Below, in pieces: positions 40,593 to 51,162 of a stretch of 64,000 nucleotides of DNA. Made by a program: the position numbers and the translations under genes. The DNA is taken from the NCBI GenBank assembly GCA_963700635.1, contig CAVOYH010000003.1:928001-992000 (forward strand), in the 5' to 3' direction. The DNA comes from an uncultured Bacteroidota bacterium. Its GTDB lineage: Bacteria > Bacteroidota > Ignavibacteria > UBA10030 > UBA6906. The notes below the pieces were generated by a model, which saw only the letters and a list, made by a program, of their open reading frames with translations, was not told where the DNA came from and searched no databases. Numbering within the stretch: position 1 is the first letter of the stretch; every line of letters begins with the position of its first letter.

Positions 40593-41192
40593 ATGAAAAG
40601 ATCTCCCGAGAAGACCTGCATACTCTTCTACAAACCGTATGGCGTTGTGTCCCGATTCACCCCTGAGGGGGTCTGGCTGTCTCTCAAGACCTTTGGTCCC
40701 TTTCCCCGGGACGTCTATCCGGTGGGGCGACTGGATGCCGACAGCGAGGGGCTTCTCTTTCTGACGGATGATACGGAGGTAAAACGGCGTCTGACGCACC
40801 CCTCGTACGGGCACCCGAAAACCTATGTCGTTCAGGTGGACCGGATCCCTTCGGAAGAGGCGTTGGAGCAATTACGGGGCGGCGTGGTCATCGAAAGCCG
40901 GAAAACGCGTTCTGCTGAAGTGCGCCTTCTGGCCCATGAACCCGTGTTTCCTCCACGTCCCGTGCCCGTCCGGTATCGGAAAACTGTACCTACGGCCTGG
41001 CTGGAAATTGTTCTGCGCGAGGGGAGGAACAGGCAGGTGCGCAAGATGACCGCAGCCGTGGGTCATCCGACACTGCGGCTTGTGCGCACACGAATCGGTG
41101 AGTTTACTCTGGATGGACTTGAACCGGGACAGCACCGGGAGCTGTCCCGCGAGGAATTCGAGCGACTTCGCGTCTGGCTGAGTGGTGCTTAG
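40593..41192 (+). CDS. rluE: rRNA pseudouridine synthase (RsuA family, RluE-like)
   Basis: FYKPYGV, GRLDADSEGLL, EGRNRQVRKMTAAVGHPTLRL. Confidence 0.88.
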   Translation: MKRSPEKTCILFYKPYGVVSRFTPEGVWLSLKTFGPFPRDVYPVGRLDADSEGLLFLTDDTEVKRRLTHPSYGHPKTYVVQVDRIPSEEALEQLRGGVVIESRKTRSAEVRLLAHEPVFPPRPVPVRYRKTVPTAWLEIVLREGRNRQVRKMTAAVGHPTLRLVRTRIGEFTLDGLEPGQHRELSREEFERLRVWLSGA

Positions 41193-43051
41193 TCCGGGCG
41201 TACCCTCGCCCGCGGAGGAGGCGGAATGCCCGGGGCTTTTGCCTCCGGAGGTGACTCAGGCGCCACGTCATAATACAGCGTGATGCCCCAGTAGTCCCTG
41301 TCATCGGGGGGGTCTACGTTCCAGTCCCTGTTTGAATGTGAATCATCGGTGCGATACCGGAGGAGGTAATCACCTTTATCGAGAAGAATCGACGTGTTCA
41401 GCATCCGGTTCTTCCGTCCGCCGCCGGCATGAAAAGTCATGCCGTAAGTCATCTCCCACACTACTGCCCCTGTCCGCGCTTCTTCAATCCACCCGAAATC
41501 AAACATCTCTCGTCCTTGCCCTTCCCCGATAGCATAGACCCTTACCCGTGTTGTATGATCGAGAGAGAACTTTTCGGTGCGGTTCGCATCATCGCCCACC
41601 CGGACAATCTGCGCGATGATGTTCTTGTCCTTTTCTTCAACATATTTTCCGACGATGCCTGCAACGTTCCAATCGCCCGCCGCAGAGATGGTAATGCCGT
41701 AATTCTCCCTGTCGAAGGGAGGGTCGGCGTTCCAGGCACCATATGCGTGAGAGTCGTCCGTGGTGTACGTAACAACATAACTACCACGCGGGAGTGTGAT
41801 CACTTCATCAACGTATCGATTCTTCGATGCCCCGCCTGCATGACTCGTGCGGTCAACATCCATGGTCCAGACACGTTCGCGCGTCTTTGCATCAACAATC
41901 GTGGCATAGTCGGCCATGACGCGTCTGTTGTTGGATCGTTCGCCAAAGGCATAGATGTGTACACGCGCATCAGCCTTCAACGAAAAACCCTCTGATCGGG
42001 ACTCGTTGTCCCGCACGCTGATCAGACTGACGATCGTCTGCTCTTTGTCAGGAAGAGGAGTGACGGTAAATGTCCGGCGTTCGTTCTTATCGGGGACGCT
42101 CAGCGTAACACCCCAGTTCAGCGGATCGTACGGGGGCTGCTCGTTCCAGTCCGCCATGGAATGACTGTCATCGGTGATGGCATAGACGGCATACGATCCT
42201 TTGTCCAGCCGGACGGAGGCTTGTGTCCTCACATTCTTCTTTGCACCACCCGCTGGCCGTGCATCATGCCAGGACGTCTCCCACACGCGCTTTCGCGTGC
42301 GGGTGTCAACGATCCAGCTGCAGTCAAGACACTCCGCCCCCTGCTGTCCTTCCCCAAGGGCGCGCACAACAAGTGTGACCGGAGCGCTGAGTGTAAATCC
42401 TTCACGACGGTAAGCACGGTCGCCCAGTTGTGTGACGGCGAGAACAACATCAGATCCCGGAAGCGGTGGCGGAAAAAGTGAGATGGATCCGGCCACGGAT
42501 TCGTCAACGGACAGGTCCATTCCCCATGAACCGGAACGGTTATTCCAGTCATCATTAATGTCGTCACTCCACCAATCGGTGAGCCATGAAAAGAAGTGCC
42601 TGTCTTTTGTTCCGGATGAACCGAACAACGGGGAGCGCCGGTGATCGACATTCACGGAAATATGCGAGAAGGTGGAATGGAATGCGAATCCATAGGCCGT
42701 GAAATAGGCTTCGTATTTTCCGGGATCGAGTGTGATGGTCCCATCAAAGGACCGGTCATTGCGGGATTTGTCGGTGTTTGATGTGGTCATTTCCCAGACC
42801 AGAGACCGTGTTTCTGCGTTGATGATCCACCCGTAAGCGTACATCTTGTCGCTCTTGTAAGTCCATCCCTGACTTCCTCCTCCCCCTGCAGCCTGGATGT
42901 GGAGGGAGATGGGATTGCGGGTTTCAAAGCCGGCGTACTTCAGTTCTGTATCCTTGAAATCGCGCAGGGAAACGATCACCTTTTCGCCCGCATGGGCGCA
43001 GATGACTCCGGAGAGAAGAAGCCCGGCGCCGAAAATGGATCGAAGGTTCAT
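41189..43051 (-). CDS. Secreted hypothetical protein with four tandem ~130-aa repeats
   Basis: Signal peptide; repeated VW.M...AGG..KN...L..G.Y...TDDSH...WN..PP.D...(W/Y)G.T. Confidence 0.85.
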   Translation of the reverse strand: MNLRSIFGAGLLLSGVICAHAGEKVIVSLRDFKDTELKYAGFETRNPISLHIQAAGGGGSQGWTYKSDKMYAYGWIINAETRSLVWEMTTSNTDKSRNDRSFDGTITLDPGKYEAYFTAYGFAFHSTFSHISVNVDHRRSPLFGSSGTKDRHFFSWLTDWWSDDINDDWNNRSGSWGMDLSVDESVAGSISLFPPPLPGSDVVLAVTQLGDRAYRREGFTLSAPVTLVVRALGEGQQGAECLDCSWIVDTRTRKRVWETSWHDARPAGGAKKNVRTQASVRLDKGSYAVYAITDDSHSMADWNEQPPYDPLNWGVTLSVPDKNERRTFTVTPLPDKEQTIVSLISVRDNESRSEGFSLKADARVHIYAFGERSNNRRVMADYATIVDAKTRERVWTMDVDRTSHAGGASKNRYVDEVITLPRGSYVVTYTTDDSHAYGAWNADPPFDRENYGITISAAGDWNVAGIVGKYVEEKDKNIIAQIVRVGDDANRTEKFSLDHTTRVRVYAIGEGQGREMFDFGWIEEARTGAVVWEMTYGMTFHAGGGRKNRMLNTSILLDKGDYLLRYRTDDSHSNRDWNVDPPDDRDYWGITLYYDVAPESPPEAKAPGIPPPPRARVRPD

Positions 43052-43196
43052 AACAAACTTCCGTTTCGATATCCTGCCATGTTCAGGTTTGTGCAAACAC
43101 CCCCTAGACTCTATACGATAAAACGGGGCAAATGGTTGCATTCGGGGAAATCTGCCCGCTTGATTCACCCCCTTGTTCCTGCGTACATTAGTAACC

Positions 43197-44177
43197 ATGA
43201 ACCCCCAGGGCAACATCGTTATTCGGGCAACCGATCTGGTCAAAATCTACCATAAAAAGTCAGAGAACCCCGTCCGCGCGCTCGACAGCCTCAGCCTCCA
43301 GGTCGGGCAGGGGGAGATATTCGGGCTTTTGGGGAGGAACGGAGCCGGGAAAACAACCCTCCTCAGGGTTCTTACCACCCTTGTCCAACCCACCAGTGGA
43401 ACAGCCGAAGTGTGCGGACTGGACGTTGTCCGGGAACCCTACAAAGTCCGCCAGTCAATCTGCGCGGTCCTCCAGGAAAATGCAGTCGAAATCTTCCTTT
43501 CTGTTCTGGATAATCTGAGCACATACGGCCGGTTCCATTCGATCCCACGCCGTCAGATACGCGCGCATGCGGAAACCGTGATGGCACAATTCGGACTGGA
43601 GGAATACCGGGATCAGAAGGTGATTGATCTGAGCGGCGGTCTGAAACGGCGCGTCCAGGTGGCAAAAGTGTTCATGGTCGACAAACCCATCGTGTTTCTT
43701 GATGAGGCAACTACCGGCATGGATCCGGTAAACAAACGGGCCACGCTGGATGCAATCCGTCAACATGCCCGTCGGGGCCGGACAATTCTGCTGACGACGC
43801 ACATTCTCCAGGAGGCTGAAGAACTCTGCGACCGGATTGCGATTGTGGATCACGGGCGATGTATCGCCGTCGGGGATCTGCACATGATAAAATCTCTGGC
43901 GGCGCGCGCATACGATATCAGCGTGACATTCGAGCGTATGCGGCCGGAGATTCTCGAGACGGCCAGAAAATTTCCCCTCCTGAAAGTCCAGTCGACTCAT
44001 ACCACCCTCGAAATGAGCATCAAAGGATCCGATGGCTCAACCTTCGCCCTGCTGGACGCCCTGTCCCGGGTGGAACCCATTGTCCACTTCGAGGTGACCA
44101 GCGCATCCCTTGAAGATGTCTTTCTGGAGTTACTCGGGAAACGGGAGGCAGACGGACCCGGAGGCCACAAGCCATGA
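43197..44177 (+). CDS. ABC transporter ATP-binding protein (DrrA/NodI-like)
   Basis: GRNGAGKTT, LSGGLKRR, FLDEATTG, LTTH. Confidence 0.92.
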   Translation: MNPQGNIVIRATDLVKIYHKKSENPVRALDSLSLQVGQGEIFGLLGRNGAGKTTLLRVLTTLVQPTSGTAEVCGLDVVREPYKVRQSICAVLQENAVEIFLSVLDNLSTYGRFHSIPRRQIRAHAETVMAQFGLEEYRDQKVIDLSGGLKRRVQVAKVFMVDKPIVFLDEATTGMDPVNKRATLDAIRQHARRGRTILLTTHILQEAEELCDRIAIVDHGRCIAVGDLHMIKSLAARAYDISVTFERMRPEILETARKFPLLKVQSTHTTLEMSIKGSDGSTFALLDALSRVEPIVHFEVTSASLEDVFLELLGKREADGPGGHKP

Positions 44178-44941
44178 ACATGATTCTTGCGGTGATGTAT
44201 CGCGAATACCGCATCCGGACAACCAGCATGACCTGGTTGTTCTACGATCTGTTCATGCCGCTTTTTTATCTTCTGATCTTCGGTATCGGGTTTGACAGCG
44301 CGTTCTCAGGCGGCGTGGCAATAGACGGCGAACGATTCGGCTATACCGCGTTCTTTCTCGCAGGCGTGCTCTCGATGGCAAGTTTCGGCATAGCCATCAA
44401 CACGGCTTATGGTTTTTTTGTCGATCGGGACAACGGGATCTTCTATGAATTCCTGACGTATCCCATGACACGGTCAGAGTTTCTTGTGGGGAAGATTCTC
44501 TTCAATTCCCTCCTTGCACTCGTGCAGGCGACGATCACGATCGCAGCAGGAGGCCTGCTGCTCAACCTGCCCGTTCGGTGGGAATTTATCGGCCTCGTTG
44601 CCGGCGGACAGGTTCTCGGAACGGCGGGGTGGTTCTTTTTTCTTACTACCTTTGCGATCCGGATCCGGCGGAATGATATGTTCAACACATTTATCAATGT
44701 GGTCTACTTTGTCCTTATGTTTGGGAGTTCAATGTTTTACCCGGCGGATACACTGCCGGAATGGCTGCAGGCGGTTTCGCTTGTGAATCCGCTGACATGG
44801 CATACGGACATACTCCGGTATGCAACCATCGGGACAGGTACACCCGGAATTATTCTAATGGAAGGACTTGCCTTTGTGTGCTTCCTGGCTGCGTCATTTG
44901 CCATGGCGGTGCAGACGATCAGAAATCCCCTGCGGGCATAA
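44174..44941 (+). CDS. ABC-2 permease
   Basis: Hydrophobic segments, FYPADTLPEWLQAVSLVNPLT. Confidence 0.9.
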   Translation: MNMILAVMYREYRIRTTSMTWLFYDLFMPLFYLLIFGIGFDSAFSGGVAIDGERFGYTAFFLAGVLSMASFGIAINTAYGFFVDRDNGIFYEFLTYPMTRSEFLVGKILFNSLLALVQATITIAAGGLLLNLPVRWEFIGLVAGGQVLGTAGWFFFLTTFAIRIRRNDMFNTFINVVYFVLMFGSSMFYPADTLPEWLQAVSLVNPLTWHTDILRYATIGTGTPGIILMEGLAFVCFLAASFAMAVQTIRNPLRA

Positions 44942-45042
44942 CACAAACAACGGGGTCTCGAAGAAGTTTACTCCGAATCCGGAGTTGCTTTTCGCTACCC
45001 TTTTCGGTAGTTTGACGCCTCACTGTAATCACGACGACCCTT

Positions 45043-45855
45043 ATGCGCGCCTATCTTGACCTCGCGGAGCGTGTGCTGCGTAACGGCACACGCAAGACAA
45101 ACCGTACCGGCATGGATACCATTTCATGTTTTGCCGAACATTATACTGTGGACCTGGCCGACGGGTTCCCGCTGTTGACAACCAAGAAGGTCAACTTCAC
45201 CGCCATGTTACGGGAAGTGCTCTGGTATCTTTCCGGCGAAGACCACATTCGTAATCTGCGTCAACACACCAGGATCTGGGACGCCTGGGCTGATCCTGAG
45301 GGTAATCTTGACACTGCCTACGGCCGCTACTGGCGGCGTTTTCCCAGCGCGCGGTGGAATGCTTCGACAAATTCGTACGATGTGGAAGAGGTTGATCAGA
45401 TCGGGAAAGTGGTGGAACTCCTGAAGCACGAACCACATTCGCGGAGGATGGTGGTGACCGCATGGGAGCCCGGCAACGCATTCGGCAGTAAACTTCCGCC
45501 GTGTCACTATTCATTTGTGTTTAACGTGACGGCAGGCCGGGTGAATTGCCATCTGACACAACGTTCCGGTGACATCGCGATCGGCATTCCGTTTAACCTG
45601 GCTGCATATTCCCTGATCACGCATATCCTGGCGCGCGAGGCAGATCTCCAGCCGGGCCTCTTCAGTCATACGATCGTGGATGCCCACATCTACGTAAACC
45701 ATATCGACGGCCTGCGCGAGCAACTGACCAGAACACCACGGCCGTTACCCACCATCCAGATTGCGCCGAAGCCGTTGAAGGATCTTCTTTTCGAGGACTT
45801 CTCCCTGATCGGATACGACCCTCTTCCGGCGATCAAATTCGAGGTTGCAGTGTGA
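45043..45855 (+). CDS. thyA: Thymidylate synthase
   Basis: RTG, FPLLTTKK, SRR, LPPCH, QRSGD, PFN, AHIY. Confidence 0.97.
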   Translation: MRAYLDLAERVLRNGTRKTNRTGMDTISCFAEHYTVDLADGFPLLTTKKVNFTAMLREVLWYLSGEDHIRNLRQHTRIWDAWADPEGNLDTAYGRYWRRFPSARWNASTNSYDVEEVDQIGKVVELLKHEPHSRRMVVTAWEPGNAFGSKLPPCHYSFVFNVTAGRVNCHLTQRSGDIAIGIPFNLAAYSLITHILAREADLQPGLFSHTIVDAHIYVNHIDGLREQLTRTPRPLPTIQIAPKPLKDLLFEDFSLIGYDPLPAIKFEVAV

Positions 45856-46340
45856 ACCTTGTGATTATCGCGGCAATAGCGCGCAACCGGGGGATCGGTA
45901 TTGGCGGCAAACTCCCCTGGCACATCTCCGAGGATCTGAAACGATTCAAAAAGCTGACCACCGGGCATACAGTCTTGATGGGGCGGAAAACATTCGTGTC
46001 GATCGGGCGCCCGCTTCCAAACCGGCGGAATGTGGTTCTGAGCCGCACGCTGATTCCGCACGTGGAAACCTATTCCTCAGTCACCGCCGCACTTGATGCG
46101 CTCGCGGATGAAGAACGTGTGTTTGTGATCGGCGGAGGAGAACTGTATTCTCATCTCTTGGCAAAAGCTGACCGGCTTTACCTGACCATTGTCGATCGGG
46201 ACGTAGAAGCGGATACCTTCTTCCCGGAGTACGACCATCTTCTGGGGACAGTGTTTCAGCTTGTCGCTCGTGAGCAGCGGGATGGGTTCCGGTTTGAAGA
46301 ATACGAGAGGCGGAATAATCCGGAGGGGACCGCCGTGTGA
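45852..46340 (+). CDS. folA: Dihydrofolate reductase
   Basis: IGIGGKLPWHISEDL, MGRKTF, PLPNRRN, IGGG, ADTFFP. Confidence 0.96.
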   Translation: MNLVIIAAIARNRGIGIGGKLPWHISEDLKRFKKLTTGHTVLMGRKTFVSIGRPLPNRRNVVLSRTLIPHVETYSSVTAALDALADEERVFVIGGGELYSHLLAKADRLYLTIVDRDVEADTFFPEYDHLLGTVFQLVAREQRDGFRFEEYERRNNPEGTAV

Positions 46341-46373
46341 CAGTCATGAACCACCTGGCCCATGACTGTCACA
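46336..46373. terminator. Perfect 13-bp inverted repeat between convergent folA and tricorn genes
   Basis: TGTGACAGTCATG-12 nt-CATGACTGTCACA; no clear U-tract. Confidence 0.5.
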
Positions 46374-46424
46374 GAGTCATCACACAGAGATCCGTTCGGC
46401 GGTTTGTACGTATACGCTGACGCC

Positions 46425-49400
46425 TTATTTGCTCTTGTCCGGATATGGCGGCGGCGGTGGTAACGTCACCGGGTTCTTCCGCAGCTCTTCCCTGACAAGC
46501 TCAATTCCTTTGTTCAGCTGCTCGTCCACCCCGGCAAATTCCCTGGCGGGATCGTTGTCCACCATAATGTCGGGCTCCACGCCAACGCCCTCCATGATCC
46601 ACTCTTTCCCGGCCACATCGTAGCGTGAGAATTCCGGTCTGTTCAACGATCCGCCGTCCAGCAGCGGGAGGGATCCGCGTATGCCAACCACACCGCCCCA
46701 CGAACGTTTCCCCACAACCGGTCCGAGTTTGTAGGTCTTGAACCGGTATGCGACAATATCACCATCCGAGGCGGAGAATTCGTTCAGCAGCAGGACCTTG
46801 GGACCGAGGATCATCCCGCCGGGATTAACATTGCGTGCGGCATTACGCGCTATGTCGATCATGGCAATCTCGCGCCGCAGCCGTTCAATAATCTGGGGCG
46901 AAACATTTCCGCCGCCGTTCCCCCGGACGTCCACGATCAGCCCTTCTTTGGCGAACTGGGGATAGAAATACTTGGCAAACTCGTTCAGGCCCGGCATACC
47001 CATGTCGGGGATATGGACATAGCCGACTTTCCCGTTGGTGGCGTCGCTCACCTTTTTGATATTACCCTGAACCCAGTCAAAGTAGTAGAGCTGCTGTTCA
47101 GATCCCGTCGGAATGACGACCGTCGTCCAGCTGCCGGTTGTGTCAGCTTTGCCGCTGAGTGTCAGGGTGACCTGTTTGCCGGTGGTGTTCACAAGGGCTT
47201 CATAAAGATCCTTCATGCCGCTTGTTGACTTGCCATCAACGGCAAGGATGTAATCTCCCTCATGGGCGCGAACGCCGATCTCTGTTAGTGGAGACCGCAG
47301 AGACTTGTCCCAGTTCTGACCTCTGAGGATCCTTGCGATCTTGTAGTATCCGGTGGTCCTGTCGCGCTCGACGCGGGCGCCGAGTAGTCCGGTGCTAACG
47401 CGTTCGGGTTTTGGATAGTCCCCCCCGCCTACATACGCATGCCCGACATTCAGTTCGCCGATCATCTCCCCGATAATATAGGTCAGATCGGTGCGGTGAT
47501 TTACAGAGGGAAGGAGCTGTTCATAGGTTTTCCGAATTGTCTGCCAATCAACTCCATGAAGGTTCGGCGTGTACATAAAGTCGCGCATTTGCCGCCAGCT
47601 CTCGGCAAAGATCTGATTCCATTCGGCCCGGCGGTCCAGCTTCACCTTCATATCGCTCAGATTCAGGCGGTCCTTCATATCGACCTTGCTGCCCGGGAGG
47701 TCAATGATCGCATAGGCGCCTTCGGCTCCGACCAGCATCTTCTTGCCGTCTGCGGAGATTTCAAAACCGTTAATCTCCCCGAGCTCAGTTTCTTTCCGCT
47801 TTTCGAAGTTGTAGACAAGCAGTGTAGGCTTTTCATCACGCCTGCCGGCACGGATGTAGAACAGCTTGTCGCCGACTGATTGCAGATTGCGGTAATTGGC
47901 GGACGTTATAGGCAGCACCGTGATACGATCCTGAAGGCCGGATGGATCAACCTTCACGATGACACCGGAATCCTTTTTCTTCTTGTCGGCATTGTCCTTT
48001 TTGGCGGCGCTCTTCGTGTCCCCATCCTTCTCCTCTTTGATCGTTACCTCATCACTCTTTGGCTCAAAAGGAGATTTTGCATCCTGGGCCAGCGTCACAA
48101 GATAAATGCTGGACATATCGGTGTAGATATGATTCCATTCAGTCTGACCGTACGAGGGAGTGAATGTGCGGGCGGACACAAAGAAAAGGCACTTTCCGTC
48201 GGCACTGAATGCAGGATCGCTTGAACTGAACCATCCGTCGGTCACCTCGTGTGTGCTCTTCGTATTCAGCGAATAGAGCTGGATCGTCGTCATGCGTTTT
48301 TCTTCCGGTCTGGCAAAGGCAATCCACTTGCTGTCCGGCGACCAGACATAGTCGGTAAATTCCCAGGCAGAGCCCTGGGCAACCACCGTAACGGCTTTTG
48401 AGTCGATATCGACATATTGCAGCCGGAGTTTCTTATCCGCCCACAGCAACTTTTTGCTGTCCGGCGACCAGTACATCTGATATTTATACGTGTCGCTATT
48501 GCGCGTAAGCTGGACGGGTTGTCCGCTGCCATCCTGTGATACCAGGTAGAGTTCATCCTCGCCCGTTGCATCGCCGATGTATGCGATCCACTTTCCATCG
48601 GGTGACCATTTTGAATTCCGTTCGTGCACACCAGGCGTCGCGGTGATGTTCCGGGTGTTGCCATACTTTTCGGGAACGGTGAAGATGTCTCCCCGGGCAC
48701 CGAACAGAGCCCTGCTGCCATCCGGAGCAATCTCGAAATTTGTGACTTCCTTGGCGACATCGCGAATGCTGCCGCGGCCGCTGTCAAAATCCTCACGGAT
48801 GACGATGGAGAGTTTGCGCACCTGCTCGGTTGCCAGATCCATGAGGTACACGGAGCCGCCGTTTTCAAACGTTATCGCCGTGTTGCCGAGTGAGGGGAAT
48901 TTAACGTCAAATTCGGTAAACGTGGTGATCGTGCGGGTCTCGCGGGTGGCGGTATCGTAGACGTACAGATTCAACCGCTTGCGTTCATCGCGGTCCGAGA
49001 CGAAGTATATCTTTGTCCCGGCCCACATCGGGATAATATCCTGTGCGGGATTGTTGGTAACATTCGTCGTGGTTTGAGTTTCAAAATCATGAATCCAGAT
49101 ATCATCGGCTTGACCTCCGCGATACCGTTTCCATGTACGGAATTCCCGGAACACGCGGTTGTAGGCCATTCGTTTTCCGTCCGGTGAGAATGAGCAAAAC
49201 CCACCGCGGGGGAGAGGGAGCTGATCGCAGGGACCTCCCTCGCGGCTGACGGTGAATAACTGTCCGATGAAGTCATTGGATTCATGCTGGCGGGAACGAA
49301 AAACGATTGTGCTGTTATCCTTCCAAGTCATGACGATATTATTGGGTCCCATCCGATCGGACACATCATCCCGGCCGAGTGTCGCCGTGGTTGTGAGCCG

Positions 49401-49703
49401 CCGGGGAATACCCCCGTCCGCCGGCATCAGATACACTTCCGTGTTCCCGTCATACTGCCCCGTGAACGCAATACTCTTCCCATCGGGTGAGAACCGTGCG
49501 AACATCTCATAGCCCACATCGGACGTCAGCCTGCGCGCAATGCCGCCGGATGTCGGGACGGTGAACAGATCACCCGCATAGGTGAACACCACGCGGTCGC
49601 CATGGACGGTCGGAAAGCGGAGAAGGCGAGTTTCCTCCTGAGCAGGGGCAAGTGTAAAGCTCAGCAGGATCAAGAAAGATAACAAGGGAACGGAACGGCG
49701 CAT
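46425..49703 (-). CDS. Tricorn protease homolog (S41) with beta-propellers and PDZ domain
   Basis: WKRYRGG, repeated WSPD motifs, GYVHIPDM, DVRGNGGG, SASDGD, GKRSWGG, GVEPDI. Confidence 0.95.
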   Translation of the reverse strand: MRRSVPLLSFLILLSFTLAPAQEETRLLRFPTVHGDRVVFTYAGDLFTVPTSGGIARRLTSDVGYEMFARFSPDGKSIAFTGQYDGNTEVYLMPADGGIPRRLTTTATLGRDDVSDRMGPNNIVMTWKDNSTIVFRSRQHESNDFIGQLFTVSREGGPCDQLPLPRGGFCSFSPDGKRMAYNRVFREFRTWKRYRGGQADDIWIHDFETQTTTNVTNNPAQDIIPMWAGTKIYFVSDRDERKRLNLYVYDTATRETRTITTFTEFDVKFPSLGNTAITFENGGSVYLMDLATEQVRKLSIVIREDFDSGRGSIRDVAKEVTNFEIAPDGSRALFGARGDIFTVPEKYGNTRNITATPGVHERNSKWSPDGKWIAYIGDATGEDELYLVSQDGSGQPVQLTRNSDTYKYQMYWSPDSKKLLWADKKLRLQYVDIDSKAVTVVAQGSAWEFTDYVWSPDSKWIAFARPEEKRMTTIQLYSLNTKSTHEVTDGWFSSSDPAFSADGKCLFFVSARTFTPSYGQTEWNHIYTDMSSIYLVTLAQDAKSPFEPKSDEVTIKEEKDGDTKSAAKKDNADKKKKDSGVIVKVDPSGLQDRITVLPITSANYRNLQSVGDKLFYIRAGRRDEKPTLLVYNFEKRKETELGEINGFEISADGKKMLVGAEGAYAIIDLPGSKVDMKDRLNLSDMKVKLDRRAEWNQIFAESWRQMRDFMYTPNLHGVDWQTIRKTYEQLLPSVNHRTDLTYIIGEMIGELNVGHAYVGGGDYPKPERVSTGLLGARVERDRTTGYYKIARILRGQNWDKSLRSPLTEIGVRAHEGDYILAVDGKSTSGMKDLYEALVNTTGKQVTLTLSGKADTTGSWTTVVIPTGSEQQLYYFDWVQGNIKKVSDATNGKVGYVHIPDMGMPGLNEFAKYFYPQFAKEGLIVDVRGNGGGNVSPQIIERLRREIAMIDIARNAARNVNPGGMILGPKVLLLNEFSASDGDIVAYRFKTYKLGPVVGKRSWGGVVGIRGSLPLLDGGSLNRPEFSRYDVAGKEWIMEGVGVEPDIMVDNDPAREFAGVDEQLNKGIELVREELRKNPVTLPPPPPYPDKSK

Positions 49704-49832
49704 GTCAGTTTCCTCTGATTGGTTGATGAATCAGGAACCTATTTTTACTACCGGGGAAGGAAGTGTATTACGATAACCTCTGTATACGGCCAGGGGGTGA
49801 AATTGTTGCAGAAGACAGCTTTTACACATCAT

Positions 49833-50987
49833 CTATCTGGTTCTTGACAGTGCCGCCTTCACCGCATCATTGACGATAACTCCCTCCCGTGTGATACATG
49901 ACCCTGTGGTGATTTCATCCTCAAAATTCGGTGTCGCCGCATTATTAGGAAAGAGGGTGGCAAACAAATTGCTGATGTTCTTCCCGTACATCATGCTTGC
50001 GTCAGTCGGGACGGTTGCCGGCAGGTTGACGGCGCCCACGATGGTGACACCTTTGTGACGGATTATCTCCTGCGGCTTTGTGAGCTCACAATTGCCACCC
50101 TGTTCGGCGGCAAGGTCGACGATCACGCTGCCCGGCCGCATCAGGGAGACCATCGCCCTGGTGATCAGCACCGGAGCGCGTTTGCCGAACACCTGGGCGG
50201 TGCAGATTACCACGTCCATTTTCGGAAGCCGGGTTGCGAGTACCTCTTGTTCCTTTTTCAGAAACGCGGCAGAAAGTTCTTTTGCATAGCCGCCTTTTGT
50301 CTCCGCCTCTTCGGTCACGTCCATGTCGACAAAAGCGGCACCCAGGCTTTTTACCTGTTCCTTGACAGCAGGGCGCGGGTCAAAGGCTTCCACTTTTGCG
50401 CCGAGCCGGCGGGCTGTAGCGATGGCCTGGAGTCCCGCCACGCCTGCACCAAGAATAAGTACCGACGCGGGGGGGGTGGTTCCTGCCGCGGTCATAAGCA
50501 GGGGAAACATCTTGCTGAGGTGTTCGCTGGCGAGCAACACGGCCTTGTATCCGGCGATCGTGGCCATTGAACTCATCGCATCCATACTTTGTGCGCGGGT
50601 AATCCGCGGGACATATTCCATGGCAAAGGATGTGATCTTCTTTCGTCCGAATATTTTGAGGACATCGGGGTGGGACAGCGGCGCAAGATAACCGATGTAT
50701 GTGCAACCGGCCCGCAGATGTTCCGCCTCATGTTTCCCTTTTTTCCCCGGCTTCCCGGGGGGCTGGACCTTAAAAACGACTTCCGCTTCTTTGTAGACAG
50801 CGGTAGCGGTCTTAAGGACCTTTGCTCCGGCCTTTGCATACAGGTCGTCGGAAAAGCCGGCGGCCAGTCCGGCTCCAGATTCCACGAGAAGGATGTGCTT
50901 TTCACGTACCAGTGGAGGGAGCAGGTTGGGGATCAACGCCACGCGCGTCTCGCCGGGTCTAATCTCTTTGAGTATGCCAATCTTCAT
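49833..50987 (-). CDS. pntA: NAD(P) transhydrogenase alpha subunit, soluble domain I
   Basis: GETRVAL, PRITRAQSMDAMSS, GAGVAGLQAIATARRLGA, DLAAEQGGNCE. Confidence 0.93.
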   Translation of the reverse strand: MKIGILKEIRPGETRVALIPNLLPPLVREKHILLVESGAGLAAGFSDDLYAKAGAKVLKTATAVYKEAEVVFKVQPPGKPGKKGKHEAEHLRAGCTYIGYLAPLSHPDVLKIFGRKKITSFAMEYVPRITRAQSMDAMSSMATIAGYKAVLLASEHLSKMFPLLMTAAGTTPPASVLILGAGVAGLQAIATARRLGAKVEAFDPRPAVKEQVKSLGAAFVDMDVTEEAETKGGYAKELSAAFLKKEQEVLATRLPKMDVVICTAQVFGKRAPVLITRAMVSLMRPGSVIVDLAAEQGGNCELTKPQEIIRHKGVTIVGAVNLPATVPTDASMMYGKNISNLFATLFPNNAATPNFEDEITTGSCITREGVIVNDAVKAALSRTR

Positions 50988-51162
50988 GCGTCGGCGCATC
51001 CTTTCGGAATAAAAGCACACGGGAGGTAATGCTCAAAACGGTGGGGCATGGTACAAAAAAAACCATACATCTACAAGCCTGGAATGGAACCTGAATCCTC
51101 AGGATATGGTTTGATAAGAGGGAGCATTTGACTATATTGGCACCACGTTTCGGAGGATCTTT

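Noticed and set aside
40437-40871. Extension of the asparaginase ORF over rluE
   Set aside because: The Tat signal defines the start at 40436; the extension is antisense shadow.
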